Assembly: GCA_963677495.2 (NCBI GenBank) | Contig: CAXXOU010000002.1 | Span: forward strand, 64,001-128,000 | DNA: 64,000 nucleotides | Direction: 5' to 3' | DNA from: Candidatus Cloacimonadales bacterium | Lineage (GTDB): Bacteria > Cloacimonadota > Cloacimonadia > Cloacimonadales > JAFGVF01 | Notes under the pieces: model-generated | Told to the model about the DNA's origin: nothing | What the model saw: the letters and a program-made list of their open reading frames with translations, nothing else | Database searches by the model: none | Shown: piece after piece, positions 44,425 through 54,707 of the stretch | Position numbering within the stretch: the first letter of the stretch is position 1 | How the letters are laid out: every line of letters starts with the position of its first letter | Made by a program: the position numbers and the translations under genes

Positions 44425-45492
44425 ATGGAGAATAGATTTAAAGTATCCGCTGCCCCTCATCTGCATGACAAGTCAACCGTGTCCAACGTTATGTGGCAGG
44501 TTGTTATTGCACTTGTTCCTGCTTTGATTGCAGCAGTATATTTCTACGGCATCAATGCCTTGTTACTCACAGTATACGGTGTAGTTGCTGCTGTTGTAAC
44601 AGAATTCCTTATTCAAAAATGGAGAAAAGTTCCTGTGACTATCGCTGATGGTTCAGCTGTTCTTACAGGCTTACTCCTCACATATAACCTTCATGCCGGT
44701 GCACCTTGGTGGCTTCCGGTTGTGGGTTCAGTATTTGCTATTGCCATTGGTAAACAGGTATTCGGTGGATTGGGTAATAACCCTGTGAATCCTGCTCTTC
44801 TTGCAAGAGCTTTCCTTGTTGCCTCATGGCCAACATTAACAACTTCCGGTTGGGTAGCACCAAAGAATGGTATCCTTAGCGGAATCACATGCCTTGAAGG
44901 TCTCGGTTCAAAAGCTGAAGCACTTATTACATCTTCAACTCCTCTCGGTGTTGCAAAGATGCTTCGTGACTCAGACTTTGTTGCCGGACTTGGCAGTGGA
45001 GAAGGTGCTAAGATATTTAACGCTCTTTTTGACTCATCTACACTACAACACCTATTCTGGGGTAATATCGGTGGTGTGATTGGTGAAGTTTCAGCGTTTG
45101 CTCTTCTTCTCGGTGCAGCATGGCTTATCTACAAAAACATTATTGAGTGGAGAATCCCTGTAGCTTACATGGCTACTGTTTTCTTCCTTACCTTTATCTT
45201 TGGTGGAATCAAAGGTTTAGGTCAGTTCTCACTTCTTTTACCTGTATTCCACGTACTTGCAGGTGGTATGGTTCTCGGTGCCTTCTTTATGGCTACCGAT
45301 TATGTAACCTCGCCAATGACGAAGCTTGGACGTATATACTTTGGTATTGGTTGTGGTCTCCTAACAGTTGTTATCCGTCTTATCGGTGGATATCCTGAGG
45401 GTGTTTCTTACTCAATCTTGCTTATGAACCTGGCAGTTCCACTTATCGACAGATGGACACTTCCTAAACCATTTGGTGGGAGGAAGAAATAA
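44425..45492 (+). CDS. rnfD: Rnf complex subunit D
   Basis: APH, KQVFGGLGNNPVNPAL, SSTPL (FMN-Thr), GEVS, FMATDYVTSP. Confidence 0.95.
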   Translation: MENRFKVSAAPHLHDKSTVSNVMWQVVIALVPALIAAVYFYGINALLLTVYGVVAAVVTEFLIQKWRKVPVTIADGSAVLTGLLLTYNLHAGAPWWLPVVGSVFAIAIGKQVFGGLGNNPVNPALLARAFLVASWPTLTTSGWVAPKNGILSGITCLEGLGSKAEALITSSTPLGVAKMLRDSDFVAGLGSGEGAKIFNALFDSSTLQHLFWGNIGGVIGEVSAFALLLGAAWLIYKNIIEWRIPVAYMATVFFLTFIFGGIKGLGQFSLLLPVFHVLAGGMVLGAFFMATDYVTSPMTKLGRIYFGIGCGLLTVVIRLIGGYPEGVSYSILLMNLAVPLIDRWTLPKPFGGRKK

Positions 45493-46061
45493 TGAAGTAT
45501 TATCTTAAACTTGGTTTTATCCTTCTGGCAGTATGTGCTGTTGCGACAGGTATTCTTGCTTATCTCAATACAGTTACTGCTCCAATGATTGCTGAAGTGA
45601 AAAGAATTGACGCTGAGAATGCTCGTAAAGAAGTTATGCCTGATGCTACATCTTTTGAGAAGCAGTTCTTAGTCGATGGTTCTGAGAATGATACAGACAT
45701 CTACTTCATTGCGAAGAACGATGCCGGTGAGATGGTTGGTTATGTAATCACTGTTTCTAAGTATGGTTATAGTAGTGATGTTAAAACTGTTGTTGGTTTA
45801 AAGCAAGACCTTTCAATCAACAAAATCAAAGTTATCGAACAAGCAGAGACTCCTGGGCTTGGTGCAAAGGCATCACTTCCTGAGTTTGCTGATAAATTCA
45901 ATGGCAAGAAGCTTCCTCAGTTGTTAGTAGACAAGGACGGTGGTGAGATAGTATCTATTACAGGTGCAACAATCACAACCAGAACTATCACTGTTTCAAT
46001 CAATGAGGGCATTGTAAAGCTTCAAGCTAAACTCGCTAATGCGGAGGTAACAAATGAGTAA
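45492..46061 (+). CDS. rnfG: Rnf complex subunit G
   Basis: ETPGLG and ITGATIT FMN-binding motif. Confidence 0.94.
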   Translation: MKYYLKLGFILLAVCAVATGILAYLNTVTAPMIAEVKRIDAENARKEVMPDATSFEKQFLVDGSENDTDIYFIAKNDAGEMVGYVITVSKYGYSSDVKTVVGLKQDLSINKIKVIEQAETPGLGAKASLPEFADKFNGKKLPQLLVDKDGGEIVSITGATITTRTITVSINEGIVKLQAKLANAEVTNE

Positions 46062-46650
46062 TATGAAAGTATTAACAGATGGTTTCATCAAAGAGAATCC
46101 GGTGTTTATCCTTGTTTTGGGTATGTGTCCTACTCTTGCTGTAACCTCCTCAGTAATGAACTCCTTGGGAATGGGGCTATCAGCAACATTTGTGTTGATC
46201 TGCTCAAACATAATTGTTTCTCTGATTAAGGGTTTCACACCTGCTAAAATCAGAATTCCTGTGTTTATTGTTGTTATTGCTACATTCGTGACAATCGTTG
46301 ATATGACTATGGGTGCTTTCTTACCTGCTTTACACAAATCACTCGGACTGTTCATACCACTTATTGTGGTGAACTGTGTGATTCTCGGTAGAGCTGAAGC
46401 ATTCGCAAGTAAGAACAATGTATTTAAATCTCTTCTTGATGGTATCGGGATGGGACTTGGTTTTACATTTGCTCTTGTAGTTATCGGTGCTATTCGTGAA
46501 GTATTGGGTGCAGGTAAATTCCTTGATATCCCTGTTCTTCCTGAAGCATATATTCAGTCACCAATGCTTGTTGCAATTCTTGCTCCGGGTGCCTTCATCA
46601 CAGTTGGTTTCCTCATGGCATTAATCAACATGTTAAAGAAAGAGAAGTAG
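46054..46650 (+). CDS. rnfE: Rnf complex subunit E
   Basis: ENPV..LGMCPTLAV, FIPLIVVNCVILGRAEAFA. Confidence 0.95.
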   Translation: MSNMKVLTDGFIKENPVFILVLGMCPTLAVTSSVMNSLGMGLSATFVLICSNIIVSLIKGFTPAKIRIPVFIVVIATFVTIVDMTMGAFLPALHKSLGLFIPLIVVNCVILGRAEAFASKNNVFKSLLDGIGMGLGFTFALVVIGAIREVLGAGKFLDIPVLPEAYIQSPMLVAILAPGAFITVGFLMALINMLKKEK

Positions 46651-46659
46651 GAGATACAG

Positions 46660-47265
46660 ATGGAATTTTTAGCTAGAATGATGGTCATGGCTGTTGGAGC
46701 TATCTTTGTTCAGAACTTTGTTCTTGCCCGTTTCCTTGGTCTGTGCCCTTATCTCGGTGTATCCAAGAAACTTGATTCAGCTTTCGGTATGGGAATGGCA
46801 GTTATTTTTGTTATGACCATGGCGTCAGCGATTACATATCTTATTCAGGTATACTTGCTTGTTCCACATGGACTGCAATACCTGCAAACAATTGCTTTCA
46901 TCCTGACCATTGCGACGCTTGTGCAGTTTGTGGAGATGGTTATTCAGAAGAACTCACCGTCACTTTATAAGTCACTTGGTGTGTTCCTTCCGTTGATCAC
47001 AACAAACTGTGCTGTACTCGGTGTGGCAATACTTAACACTACAGCAAAGTGGCCTGACGGTTCAGCATATAATTTCTTGGATGCAGTTCTCAATGGTTTC
47101 TTCTCAGGTGTTGGTTTTACACTCGTACTTGTGCTAATGGCCGGAATAAGAGAAAGATTAGAATTCGCAAACGTTCCCAAGAGCATGAAAGGTATGCCGG
47201 TGTCCCTGATCGTTGCAGGTGCTATGGCTCTTGCCTTCCTTGGCTTCTCCGGGCTTAAGATGTAG
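46660..47265 (+). CDS. rnfA: Rnf complex subunit A
   Basis: [29 protein letters not shown]. Confidence 0.95.
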   Translation: MEFLARMMVMAVGAIFVQNFVLARFLGLCPYLGVSKKLDSAFGMGMAVIFVMTMASAITYLIQVYLLVPHGLQYLQTIAFILTIATLVQFVEMVIQKNSPSLYKSLGVFLPLITTNCAVLGVAILNTTAKWPDGSAYNFLDAVLNGFFSGVGFTLVLVLMAGIRERLEFANVPKSMKGMPVSLIVAGAMALAFLGFSGLKM

Positions 47266-47273
47266 GAGGAACC

Positions 47274-48260
47274 ATGACATTATTATTACCAGTAATTATA
47301 ATCGGTGCTCTTGGCTTGTTATATGGAATCGGACTTGCTATTGCTTCTGTTGCTTTCCACGTTGAAGTAGACCCTCGAGTAGAGAAGATACTCGATGCAC
47401 TTCCAGGTGCTAACTGTGGTGCATGTGGAAAACCCGGTTGTGGTGGTTATGCTGAAGCAATCGTAGAAGAGGGTGTTGATATCTCTCTTTGTGCTCCCGG
47501 TGGTGCTTCTACAATCCAGGCTATAGCTGAGATTATGGGAATGCAGGCAAGTGAAACAGTGAAGAAGATTGCTTATATCCATTGCTCATGTGGTGGAAAT
47601 GACAACACTAAATTCAAGTTTGAGTATGATGGCGTTCCTACATGTAAATCAGCTGTAATGGTTGCAAATGGTCCAAACATGTGCTCATTCGGCTGTGTTG
47701 GCTTCAATGATTGTGTAGCTGCATGTCCTTTTGATGCTTTCATTATTGATGAAAACAACAACCGAATCATCGATCCTGATAAGTGTACTGCTTGTGGTGC
47801 ATGTGTTCGTGCATGTCCTCGTAGTCTTATCGAGATAGTTAAGTTTGAACAGCAAGTTATGATTGAATGCTCAAACAAAGAGAAAGGCATTGCTGCTAAG
47901 AACAATTGTGGTACAACAAAAGGTTGTATTGGTTGCGGTCTTTGTGCTCGTGCATGTCCTGTTGACGCTATCACAATGGAAGGTAATCTCGCGATTATCG
48001 ATTATGATAAGTGTATCAATTGTGGACTTTGTGCTACTAAGTGCCCTACTAAAGCAATTGAAGACAAGCTTGCAGGTAAACGTAAGAAAGCTAAGATTAT
48101 CGACGATAAGTGTATTGGATGTACAATCTGTGCTAAGAAGTGTCCTGTAGATGCTATCACAGGTGAATTAAAGCAGCTTCATACAATAGACGAAAGTAAA
48201 TGTATTGGTTGCGAAATCTGTTATGAAAAGTGTCCTAAGAAAGCCATTGAGATGGTTTAG
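47274..48260 (+). CDS. rnfB: Rnf complex subunit B (polyferredoxin type)
   Basis: [14 protein letters not shown] plus several CxxCxxCxxxCP motifs. Confidence 0.95.
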   Translation: MTLLLPVIIIGALGLLYGIGLAIASVAFHVEVDPRVEKILDALPGANCGACGKPGCGGYAEAIVEEGVDISLCAPGGASTIQAIAEIMGMQASETVKKIAYIHCSCGGNDNTKFKFEYDGVPTCKSAVMVANGPNMCSFGCVGFNDCVAACPFDAFIIDENNNRIIDPDKCTACGACVRACPRSLIEIVKFEQQVMIECSNKEKGIAAKNNCGTTKGCIGCGLCARACPVDAITMEGNLAIIDYDKCINCGLCATKCPTKAIEDKLAGKRKKAKIIDDKCIGCTICAKKCPVDAITGELKQLHTIDESKCIGCEICYEKCPKKAIEMV

Positions 48261-48278
48261 GACTTAACTATATAGTAA

Positions 48279-48313
48279 AAAAGGCACCCCTTCCGGCGAA
48301 GAGGTGTCTTTTT
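48279..48313 (+). terminator. rnf operon terminator
   Basis: AAAAGGCACC...GGTGTCTTTTT. Confidence 0.65.
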
Positions 48314-48330
48314 CACCTTTCAAAGGCAAT

Positions 48331-49170
48331 ATGAAAATCGTATCAAAACTTCAGTCAGGCCTACTCTTAATAATCATCCTATTTGCAATAGTTACAAACG
48401 GATGTGAGAAAAAAGAGGAGATACCTTTCTCTATGCAGGAAAGGCAGGCATTCTCGACTCTAAAAGTAAATCTTAGACGTCAGCTTGATGATCTTACACT
48501 CACAGCTGAGAAGGTCTCACGCTTCTTTTTACCACCCGGTATTAGTGAAGAGAAGATGAGGAGTTATCTACTGGCGGGAGTTGATGCCAGAGACTATATC
48601 ATCTCGTGTGGTCTTATATCCCCTGAAGGTACAATGCTTTATGTTGAACCGAAAGAGTTCAGACAACCGGAAGGTTTACTACTAAGTAAATCTGAGAAGT
48701 TCATATATGTAAAAGAGCAGAATAAACCTTATATGACCTCACTGATTAAGGGGCACAAAGGTATTTTATTACAAGAGTATCTCATTCCTGTGTATAATGC
48801 GGGGAATGAGTTTATTGGTGTTTTGACATTGCTTATTGATACATCAAAACTACTTGACTTTATTGCCTGGTTACCTGAACTTAATACAATAAACCTGCTG
48901 ATGTTTGAGACAGATGGAGCGTTAATATTCAATAACCGTACCGGAAAACTCGGTGGAAATAATCTTAACAATCTTAAAGCTGAGGGAGCCGAACAGTTAG
49001 TAGATCTTATCAAAAGGGCACAAACCGAGGAGTCAGGAAGCTCCTATTACTACCTTTTTGATGAGCTTTACGACATGGAGTTCAGATACTATGCTCAATG
49101 GCTAACAGTACCGTTATCCGGTCGTGAATGGAGAATCTTTATGAATACGGAGTATGAAATTGAAGAATAG
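48331..49170 (+). CDS. Lipoprotein with stand-alone Cache-like sensor domain
   Basis: Lipobox-like TNGC; dCache-like pattern (ISPEG.., KPYMT, IPVYNAGNEFIGVL, DGALI, EWRI). Confidence 0.6.
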   Translation: MKIVSKLQSGLLLIIILFAIVTNGCEKKEEIPFSMQERQAFSTLKVNLRRQLDDLTLTAEKVSRFFLPPGISEEKMRSYLLAGVDARDYIISCGLISPEGTMLYVEPKEFRQPEGLLLSKSEKFIYVKEQNKPYMTSLIKGHKGILLQEYLIPVYNAGNEFIGVLTLLIDTSKLLDFIAWLPELNTINLLMFETDGALIFNNRTGKLGGNNLNNLKAEGAEQLVDLIKRAQTEESGSSYYYLFDELYDMEFRYYAQWLTVPLSGREWRIFMNTEYEIEE

Positions 49171-49987
49171 TTTAATTGTTTTATTAGCATTGCTACTTGT
49201 AGCTTGTGGGATTAGCTCTGAGAAGAAGGGCAAAGGGATCGTTGTAATCTCTCCTGAAGTTGCAGAGATTATTGCAGAACTCGGTGCTGTTGATGAGATA
49301 GTAGCTGCCACGGATGAGTGTACTTGGCCTGAAACGCTCAAAGAGAAGCCAAGTGTAGGGAAGTTCGGTGAGATAAAGATGGAGGAGATTATTAAGCTCA
49401 ATCCTGCTACTGTCTTCACTACTGAACTTGAGCAACAGGATCTTGCTGATAACCTTGAAAAACTTGGAATTAAAGTTGTACGTATCTATCCTAAATCTGT
49501 AAGCGATGTTTATGTAGCAATTGATAAGATTGCTTCTATTATTGGTAGAGAGAAGGAAGCCAAAGTACTAAACACAAAGCTTAGAACTGAGGTAACAAAG
49601 TACAAAGATACTATCAAAAATAGACCTGATGTTTATCTGGAGATATGGAATAATCCACTTATGAGTGTAACTGATAACTCATTTGTAGGGGAACTTATTG
49701 AAATAGCCGGTGGCAACAATATATTCACAGAACTGGAGAGAGACTATTCCCGTGTAAAACCTGAGAAGGTTATTACTGCTAATCCGGATGTGATACTAAC
49801 ATTCTCGAAGACTGACTTAGATGATTTCAAAGCTCGTAAGGGTTGGGATGGAATCAAAGCTGTAAAGTCAGGTGCAGTATTCGGTGATGAAGTTGTTAAT
49901 CCAGATCATATCTTCCGTGCCGGTCCCAGGTTCGTGCTTGGACTTAACGAACTAAACGAAATATTCAGGAAGTATGAAACAAAATAA
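49154..49987 (+). CDS. Cobalamin/iron-siderophore ABC substrate-binding lipoprotein (BtuF-like)
   Basis: Lipobox LVAC; VVISPEVAEII, EEIIKLNP, AGGNNIF, NPDVI, RAGPR. Confidence 0.8.
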   Translation: MKLKNSLIVLLALLLVACGISSEKKGKGIVVISPEVAEIIAELGAVDEIVAATDECTWPETLKEKPSVGKFGEIKMEEIIKLNPATVFTTELEQQDLADNLEKLGIKVVRIYPKSVSDVYVAIDKIASIIGREKEAKVLNTKLRTEVTKYKDTIKNRPDVYLEIWNNPLMSVTDNSFVGELIEIAGGNNIFTELERDYSRVKPEKVITANPDVILTFSKTDLDDFKARKGWDGIKAVKSGAVFGDEVVNPDHIFRAGPRFVLGLNELNEIFRKYETK

Positions 49988-50903
49988 GCTTTATCTTTCT
50001 ACAGGCATTATTGCAATACTGGGAGCAGTACTCATCTATCTGTTTCTAACTTTTAAAGCTGACTCACAACTTATCATAATGCAAGTACGCTTACCCAGAT
50101 TACTTCTTGGTCTTTTAGTTGGTGCTGTACTCGCAGGTTGTGGCTCTATCTATCAGATGATGCTCAACAATCCTTTAGCAGAACCGTATATTCTAGGAAT
50201 ATCATCGGGTAGTGCTTTCTTTGCAACTTTGGCAGGGCTATCTGGTATGATTTGGTTTATGCCGATTGCAGGATTTTCCGGTGCCTTACTGACAATGGTG
50301 ATTGTCTGGAGTATAGCTCATATAGGTGGGTGGAGAGATAGCTCCAAACTACTGCTTTCCGGTATTATAGCCGGCATGTTCTTCTCTGCTTGTATATCGC
50401 TCCTTATGTATCTTAATCAACAGGATATTGGCATAATTATCAATGTCCTAATGGGTAATCTTGGAAGAGTGTTTACTAATACAGAGTGGCAAGCATTCAC
50501 AACCATTGGGATTATCTCAGTTCTCTTGCTTGTTTATCTATATCTTTTATCCTTGAAACTTAATATTGTAAGTACCGGTGATCTTTCAGCCGGAAGTCTT
50601 GGAATAAACGTAAAACGACTCCGTCTGCAGATTTTTGTGATTACCTCACTCCTTATAGGTATAACAGTATCTTTTGCAGGTATTATAGGCTTTATCGGAC
50701 TTATAATCCCACATATCGTAAGGATGCTAACAGGCCCTGACCAAAAGAAGGTCTATCCTCTAAGTATTTTAGTAGGTTCACTTTTCCTACTCCTCTGCGA
50801 TTTTCTTTCCATGCATATCGCAGTCATGGAACTCCCCGTTGGAATCATCACATCCTTCCTCGGAGCCCCTTTCTTCGTCTATATTATGGTGAAGAGTAGG
50901 TAG
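49974..50903 (+). CDS. FecCD/BtuC-family ABC permease
   Basis: RLPR, NPLAEPYILGISSG, GIIGFIGLIIPH, ELPVGIITSFLGAPFF. Confidence 0.9.
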   Translation: MKQNKLYLSTGIIAILGAVLIYLFLTFKADSQLIIMQVRLPRLLLGLLVGAVLAGCGSIYQMMLNNPLAEPYILGISSGSAFFATLAGLSGMIWFMPIAGFSGALLTMVIVWSIAHIGGWRDSSKLLLSGIIAGMFFSACISLLMYLNQQDIGIIINVLMGNLGRVFTNTEWQAFTTIGIISVLLLVYLYLLSLKLNIVSTGDLSAGSLGINVKRLRLQIFVITSLLIGITVSFAGIIGFIGLIIPHIVRMLTGPDQKKVYPLSILVGSLFLLLCDFLSMHIAVMELPVGIITSFLGAPFFVYIMVKSR

Positions 50904-51015
50904 TTTGGGAGTGCATCATCTGCGTTGATGCATGAATTGCATGGCAATTCCATGTTTATCCTCAACATTTCGAACCCTAAGATGTCTCCACGAGGAAAAC
51001 TTCAATCAATGTTAC

Positions 51016-51271
51016 CTTCCCGATAGGGAAGCATAATAATAGCAATGGGTGTAAACCCATGGATGCGAAATCCTATTACCCAATTCAATGGTAATAAATC
51101 TAAACTAATGCCAATCACATATCTTATGACAGGCTTCCCCAGAACCCCTACTTTCAAGTAGGGGACAGGGAACCACTATAGAACAGATTCCACTCCAGCC
51201 GATTCGCAGAATCGGCTGGAGTGGAATCTGGCAAGTTTGTTTGGAAATCTGCCACCAGATGAATCTGGTGG
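51016..51271. repeat. Cluster of REP-like hairpins in a convergent intergenic region
   Basis: Transposase-flank-like 51016-51063; CCCCTACTT-TC-AAGTAGGGG 51145-51164; 22-bp perfect stem 51184-51230; CCACCAGAT-GA-ATCTGGTGG 51252-51271. Confidence 0.8.
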
Positions 51272-51309
51272 TTCTAGGGAGCATTATAGACCTTTTACAA
51301 TAGAATCAG

Positions 51310-51909
51310 TTAAAACAACTGGAAGTTATAACTTATTGATAATGTCTGTGTGTTGCTGATAATACTGCTCCCATTCTTTTCCTCTTCAGGATTAGATATC
51401 ATCCAGTTTAAGTTAACGCGATGATGTTTTGATATTTCATATCCTAGTTCGATGAAATAACCTATTCCGTTTAGGGTTTCATAATCATCTTCGAATAGCT
51501 CAGCCCAATCAGAGAATCCAAAACCTGACCCAAAATAACATTTATCCAGAACATCATAATTCGTTTTGTTCTTTAGAAAGATGTTTAATCCAAAAGCATG
51601 TAAGTGGTTCGATACTGTAGCTTCCCTATCTGAGGAATATTCCACTTTGAACCATGATATTTTTTCCACTATGTATATTTCAATATTATTGTCAGGGGAG
51701 TAACCTAGTTTTAGTTGTGTGAAAAGTGCTGGCTCGATTTCAGTCGGAGTCTCAGCTGTAATGAAATCAGAATCAATTTTAAAATTAAAGGATGTACGTG
51801 CTGCACCAATACCTCCGGTTATAAAGAACCCTTTACTCTCTTCGTTAAAGAAGCCAAATATCGGTACTATAAGTAAGCAAGTAGTAATTAATATGATTAT
51901 TCGTTTCAT
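51310..51909 (-). CDS. Small outer-membrane beta-barrel protein
   Basis: Signal peptide, alternating amphipathic strands, ends ISYNFQLF; GGAGG RBS. Confidence 0.65.
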   Translation of the reverse strand: MKRIIILITTCLLIVPIFGFFNEESKGFFITGGIGAARTSFNFKIDSDFITAETPTEIEPALFTQLKLGYSPDNNIEIYIVEKISWFKVEYSSDREATVSNHLHAFGLNIFLKNKTNYDVLDKCYFGSGFGFSDWAELFEDDYETLNGIGYFIELGYEISKHHRVNLNWMISNPEEEKNGSSIISNTQTLSISYNFQLF

Positions 51910-52220
51910 TAGTCCTCCTTTATTATTAAGTAAATTCTTAATGTGTGTATTAATGTTGTCAATATCATTCTACCCGACTGTCAAAGTTAATAATATTCGA
52001 CCTCTTTGGAGTAGTTATTGTGAGGAGTACGGGACCATGCATTACATAGTTACTCACATTTTATCCTTTCAGGATACTAACAACCGGATAACTAATCCTG
52101 AGATTAAGCTTCCTTTGAATCCCTGCCTGTTATTCTCACTCCCCACATATAGCAAACAAGTTTGCTTCATCGCTGCGGTGCAAGTAAGATCTCTGCAACT
52201 AACATGGTTTTACACTCTTT

Positions 52221-52362
52221 CATTGCTCTATCTTAATTCACGGGAGTATGACGGGATTTGCTAAGGATTTTCAAGGGAATTTCTCGGGCAAAGCCCCGAG
52301 AGATTCCCGAGAGAGTCCCGGGTGATTCCCGAGAAAGTCCCGTGAATTAAGATAGTGCAATG
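52221..52362. repeat. Phased palindromic cassette, family A, opposite orientation
   Basis: 25-bp inverted ends with one mismatch; centre CGGGCAAAGCCCCG; CCCG at 52295, 52306, 52317, 52328, 52339. Confidence 0.92.
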
Positions 52363-52588
52363 GGACGAGGAGGAGTTTGACAAGAAAAAGTAAGGTTAAG
52401 ATGTAACCAAAACCGGGATAATCTATTCTTATCTTGTAGGAAGTCACTTGATTATGGAATTGAGTTGACGGGAAAAGAAGAAATATAAAAGATGTAATTT
52501 AAGAGTGTCAAATTTTGTGAATGAATATGGTTGTTGAATTGTTATTATTTACATAGTTTATCATTCACGAAGAAATAATGAGGTGAGA

Positions 52589-52810
52589 ATGCACGGAAAA
52601 GTGAAATGGTTTAATAAGAATAAGGGTTATGGCTTTATCTTAGATGAGAACAATAAAGAGTACTTTGTACATTGGAAGTCAATTGTAACACCTAATCCAA
52701 TGGATGAGAAGTTTCTTGAGCAAAATGAACCTGTAGAGTTTGATCTGATGCCTACTGATAAAGGTACTCAGGCAGTAAATGTAATACGTACAAGTGTTGG
52801 CTTATATTAG
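52589..52810 (+). CDS. Cold-shock domain protein
   Basis: GKVKWFNKNKGYGFI (RNP1), YFVHWKSI (RNP2), KGTQAVNV. Confidence 0.92.
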   Translation: MHGKVKWFNKNKGYGFILDENNKEYFVHWKSIVTPNPMDEKFLEQNEPVEFDLMPTDKGTQAVNVIRTSVGLY

Positions 52811-52831
52811 TATAAATGATAACTTTAACTT

Positions 52832-52863
52832 TGAGGTAGGAGCATAGCTTCTACCTCTTTTTT
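52832..52863 (+). terminator. Intrinsic terminator after the cold-shock gene
   Basis: GAGGTAGGAGC-ATA-GCTTCTACCTC followed by a T-run. Confidence 0.7.
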
Positions 52864-52868
52864 CTATT

Positions 52869-54653
52869 ATGAAGATACCTTTTTTACCTGTAAACAAAGC
52901 TGAAATGAAGCGCTTGGACTGGGAACGATGTGATGTGATTCTGGTTAGTGGAGATGCATACATTGATCATCCTAGTTTTGCTGCTGCCTTACTTGGAAGA
53001 TTTCTAGTTTCCAAGGGATATCGAGTTGGAATTATTCCTCAACCGGACTGGAAGAACCCTGAAACTTTCAAAGCTCTTGGGGAACCTGCTATTTGTTTCG
53101 GGATAACAGCGGGAAACATGGACTCGATGATTAACCATTATACTGCTCAGAAGAAGAAGCGTTCAGAGGATGCTTATTCTCCTGACGGTAAGGTTGGAAT
53201 GCGTCCTGATAGAGCAACAATTGTCTATACTTCTGCTCTTAAAGCTATCTACAAAAGGACACCTATTATTATTGGGGGTATCGAAGCATCGCTGAGAAGA
53301 GTTCCTCACTATGACTACTGGTCTGATAAACTCAGAAACTCAATTCTTTTTGATTCTAAAGCTGATATACTTATTTACGGAATGGGGGAGAGACCACTTT
53401 TAGATGTTGTAAACTATATCGCTTCCGGTTCACCAATAGCAGATATGGAAGTCAATGGAACGGTGACAATCTCGGCAACAAGTAGCGATAAGCTTTTACC
53501 CGAGTTTAGTGATTGCAAAGAGGGTAAGAACTTCCTTAAGATGCATAGAATGTTTGAAGAGCACTACAGAACCTCAACTATTTACCAGAAGTTTGGGAAC
53601 AGGTATCTTAAACATAATCCACCTGCTGAACCTTTATCAAAACAGGAGATGGATGATCTTTACAACCTGCCTTTCAGTAGGAAACCACATCCTATGTATG
53701 GGAAAGCAAAGTTCAAAGCATTCGATCAGATCAAGGAATCAGTAACATCTCATAGAGGTTGTTTTGGTGGTTGCAGTTTCTGTGCAATCGGTGCGCATCA
53801 AGGCAAGTCGATAAGCTCTCGCTCTCAGAAATCGATAGTTGATGAAGTTAAAACGATTAGCAAGCAACAATACTTCCATGGCACAATCTCTGATATTGGT
53901 GGACCATCTGCTAATATGTATGATATGAGCTGTCGATTGGGGATAAGTCAGACATGCAAGCGTCTATCTTGCCTGTATCCCGATATCTGTCCTAATTTGA
54001 ACTATAGTCATAAACCGAATATAGAGCTCCTTAAAGCTGCGAACAATGTCCCAGGTGTTAAGCACCTTTTTGTTGCATCCGGGATAAGATTTGACCTTGC
54101 TGTTATGGATAGAAAATATACACGACAGATTGCTGAGAAGCATATTGGCGGACACCTTAAGCTTGCACCGGAACATGCTGTTGATAGTGTCTTACAGGTT
54201 ATGCAGAAGCCATCTTCAGAGTCCTACTTATACTTCTGCGAGAAGTTTCAAAAGATCTCTAAAGAGTGCGGAAAGAAGCAGATGGTTATACCATACTTGA
54301 TAGTCGGTCATCCGGGGACTACCCTCAAAGATGCAGTAAAGCTGGCACTTTTCCTTAAAGAGAACAATATAAGGCCTGAACAGATACAGGAGTTTACTCC
54401 AACTCCCATGTCGGTCTCAACAACTATGTACTATACAGGGCTTAACTACTTTACAGGGAAGCCGATCCATGTTCCTAAAGGACGTGAAGTAAGACTTCAG
54501 AAAGCTCTTGCACAATGGTTTGTAAATTCTAATAAAAAACTTGTTCAGGAAGCATTAAAAAAAGCCGGAATGAGTCACCTTGAAAAAGAGTTTTACCGAC
54601 CTGAAAAGAGTAAAAGAGCACCTGCCTCAACTAAGCGTAGACGAAAAAGATAG
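52869..54653 (+). CDS. ygiQ: YgiQ-family radical SAM protein (UPF0313)
   Basis: GDAYIDHPSF, GNMDSMINHYT, HRGCFGGCSFC, DIGGPSANMY, LAPEH, FTPTPMS. Confidence 0.9.
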   Translation: MKIPFLPVNKAEMKRLDWERCDVILVSGDAYIDHPSFAAALLGRFLVSKGYRVGIIPQPDWKNPETFKALGEPAICFGITAGNMDSMINHYTAQKKKRSEDAYSPDGKVGMRPDRATIVYTSALKAIYKRTPIIIGGIEASLRRVPHYDYWSDKLRNSILFDSKADILIYGMGERPLLDVVNYIASGSPIADMEVNGTVTISATSSDKLLPEFSDCKEGKNFLKMHRMFEEHYRTSTIYQKFGNRYLKHNPPAEPLSKQEMDDLYNLPFSRKPHPMYGKAKFKAFDQIKESVTSHRGCFGGCSFCAIGAHQGKSISSRSQKSIVDEVKTISKQQYFHGTISDIGGPSANMYDMSCRLGISQTCKRLSCLYPDICPNLNYSHKPNIELLKAANNVPGVKHLFVASGIRFDLAVMDRKYTRQIAEKHIGGHLKLAPEHAVDSVLQVMQKPSSESYLYFCEKFQKISKECGKKQMVIPYLIVGHPGTTLKDAVKLALFLKENNIRPEQIQEFTPTPMSVSTTMYYTGLNYFTGKPIHVPKGREVRLQKALAQWFVNSNKKLVQEALKKAGMSHLEKEFYRPEKSKRAPASTKRRRKR

Positions 54654-54707
54654 CTTTAGTTCAACTTAACTGAAAAAACTGTTTACAAACTGGAGTTTGC
54701 CTATTAA

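Noticed and set aside
47274..48260. Extra Fe-S clusters in RnfB as a novelty
   Set aside because: Polyferredoxin RnfB is well known in anaerobes such as Acetobacterium and clostridia
51719..52264. 181-aa plus-strand ORF
   Set aside because: Antisense to the beta-barrel gene and running into repeat DNA; no recognisable features
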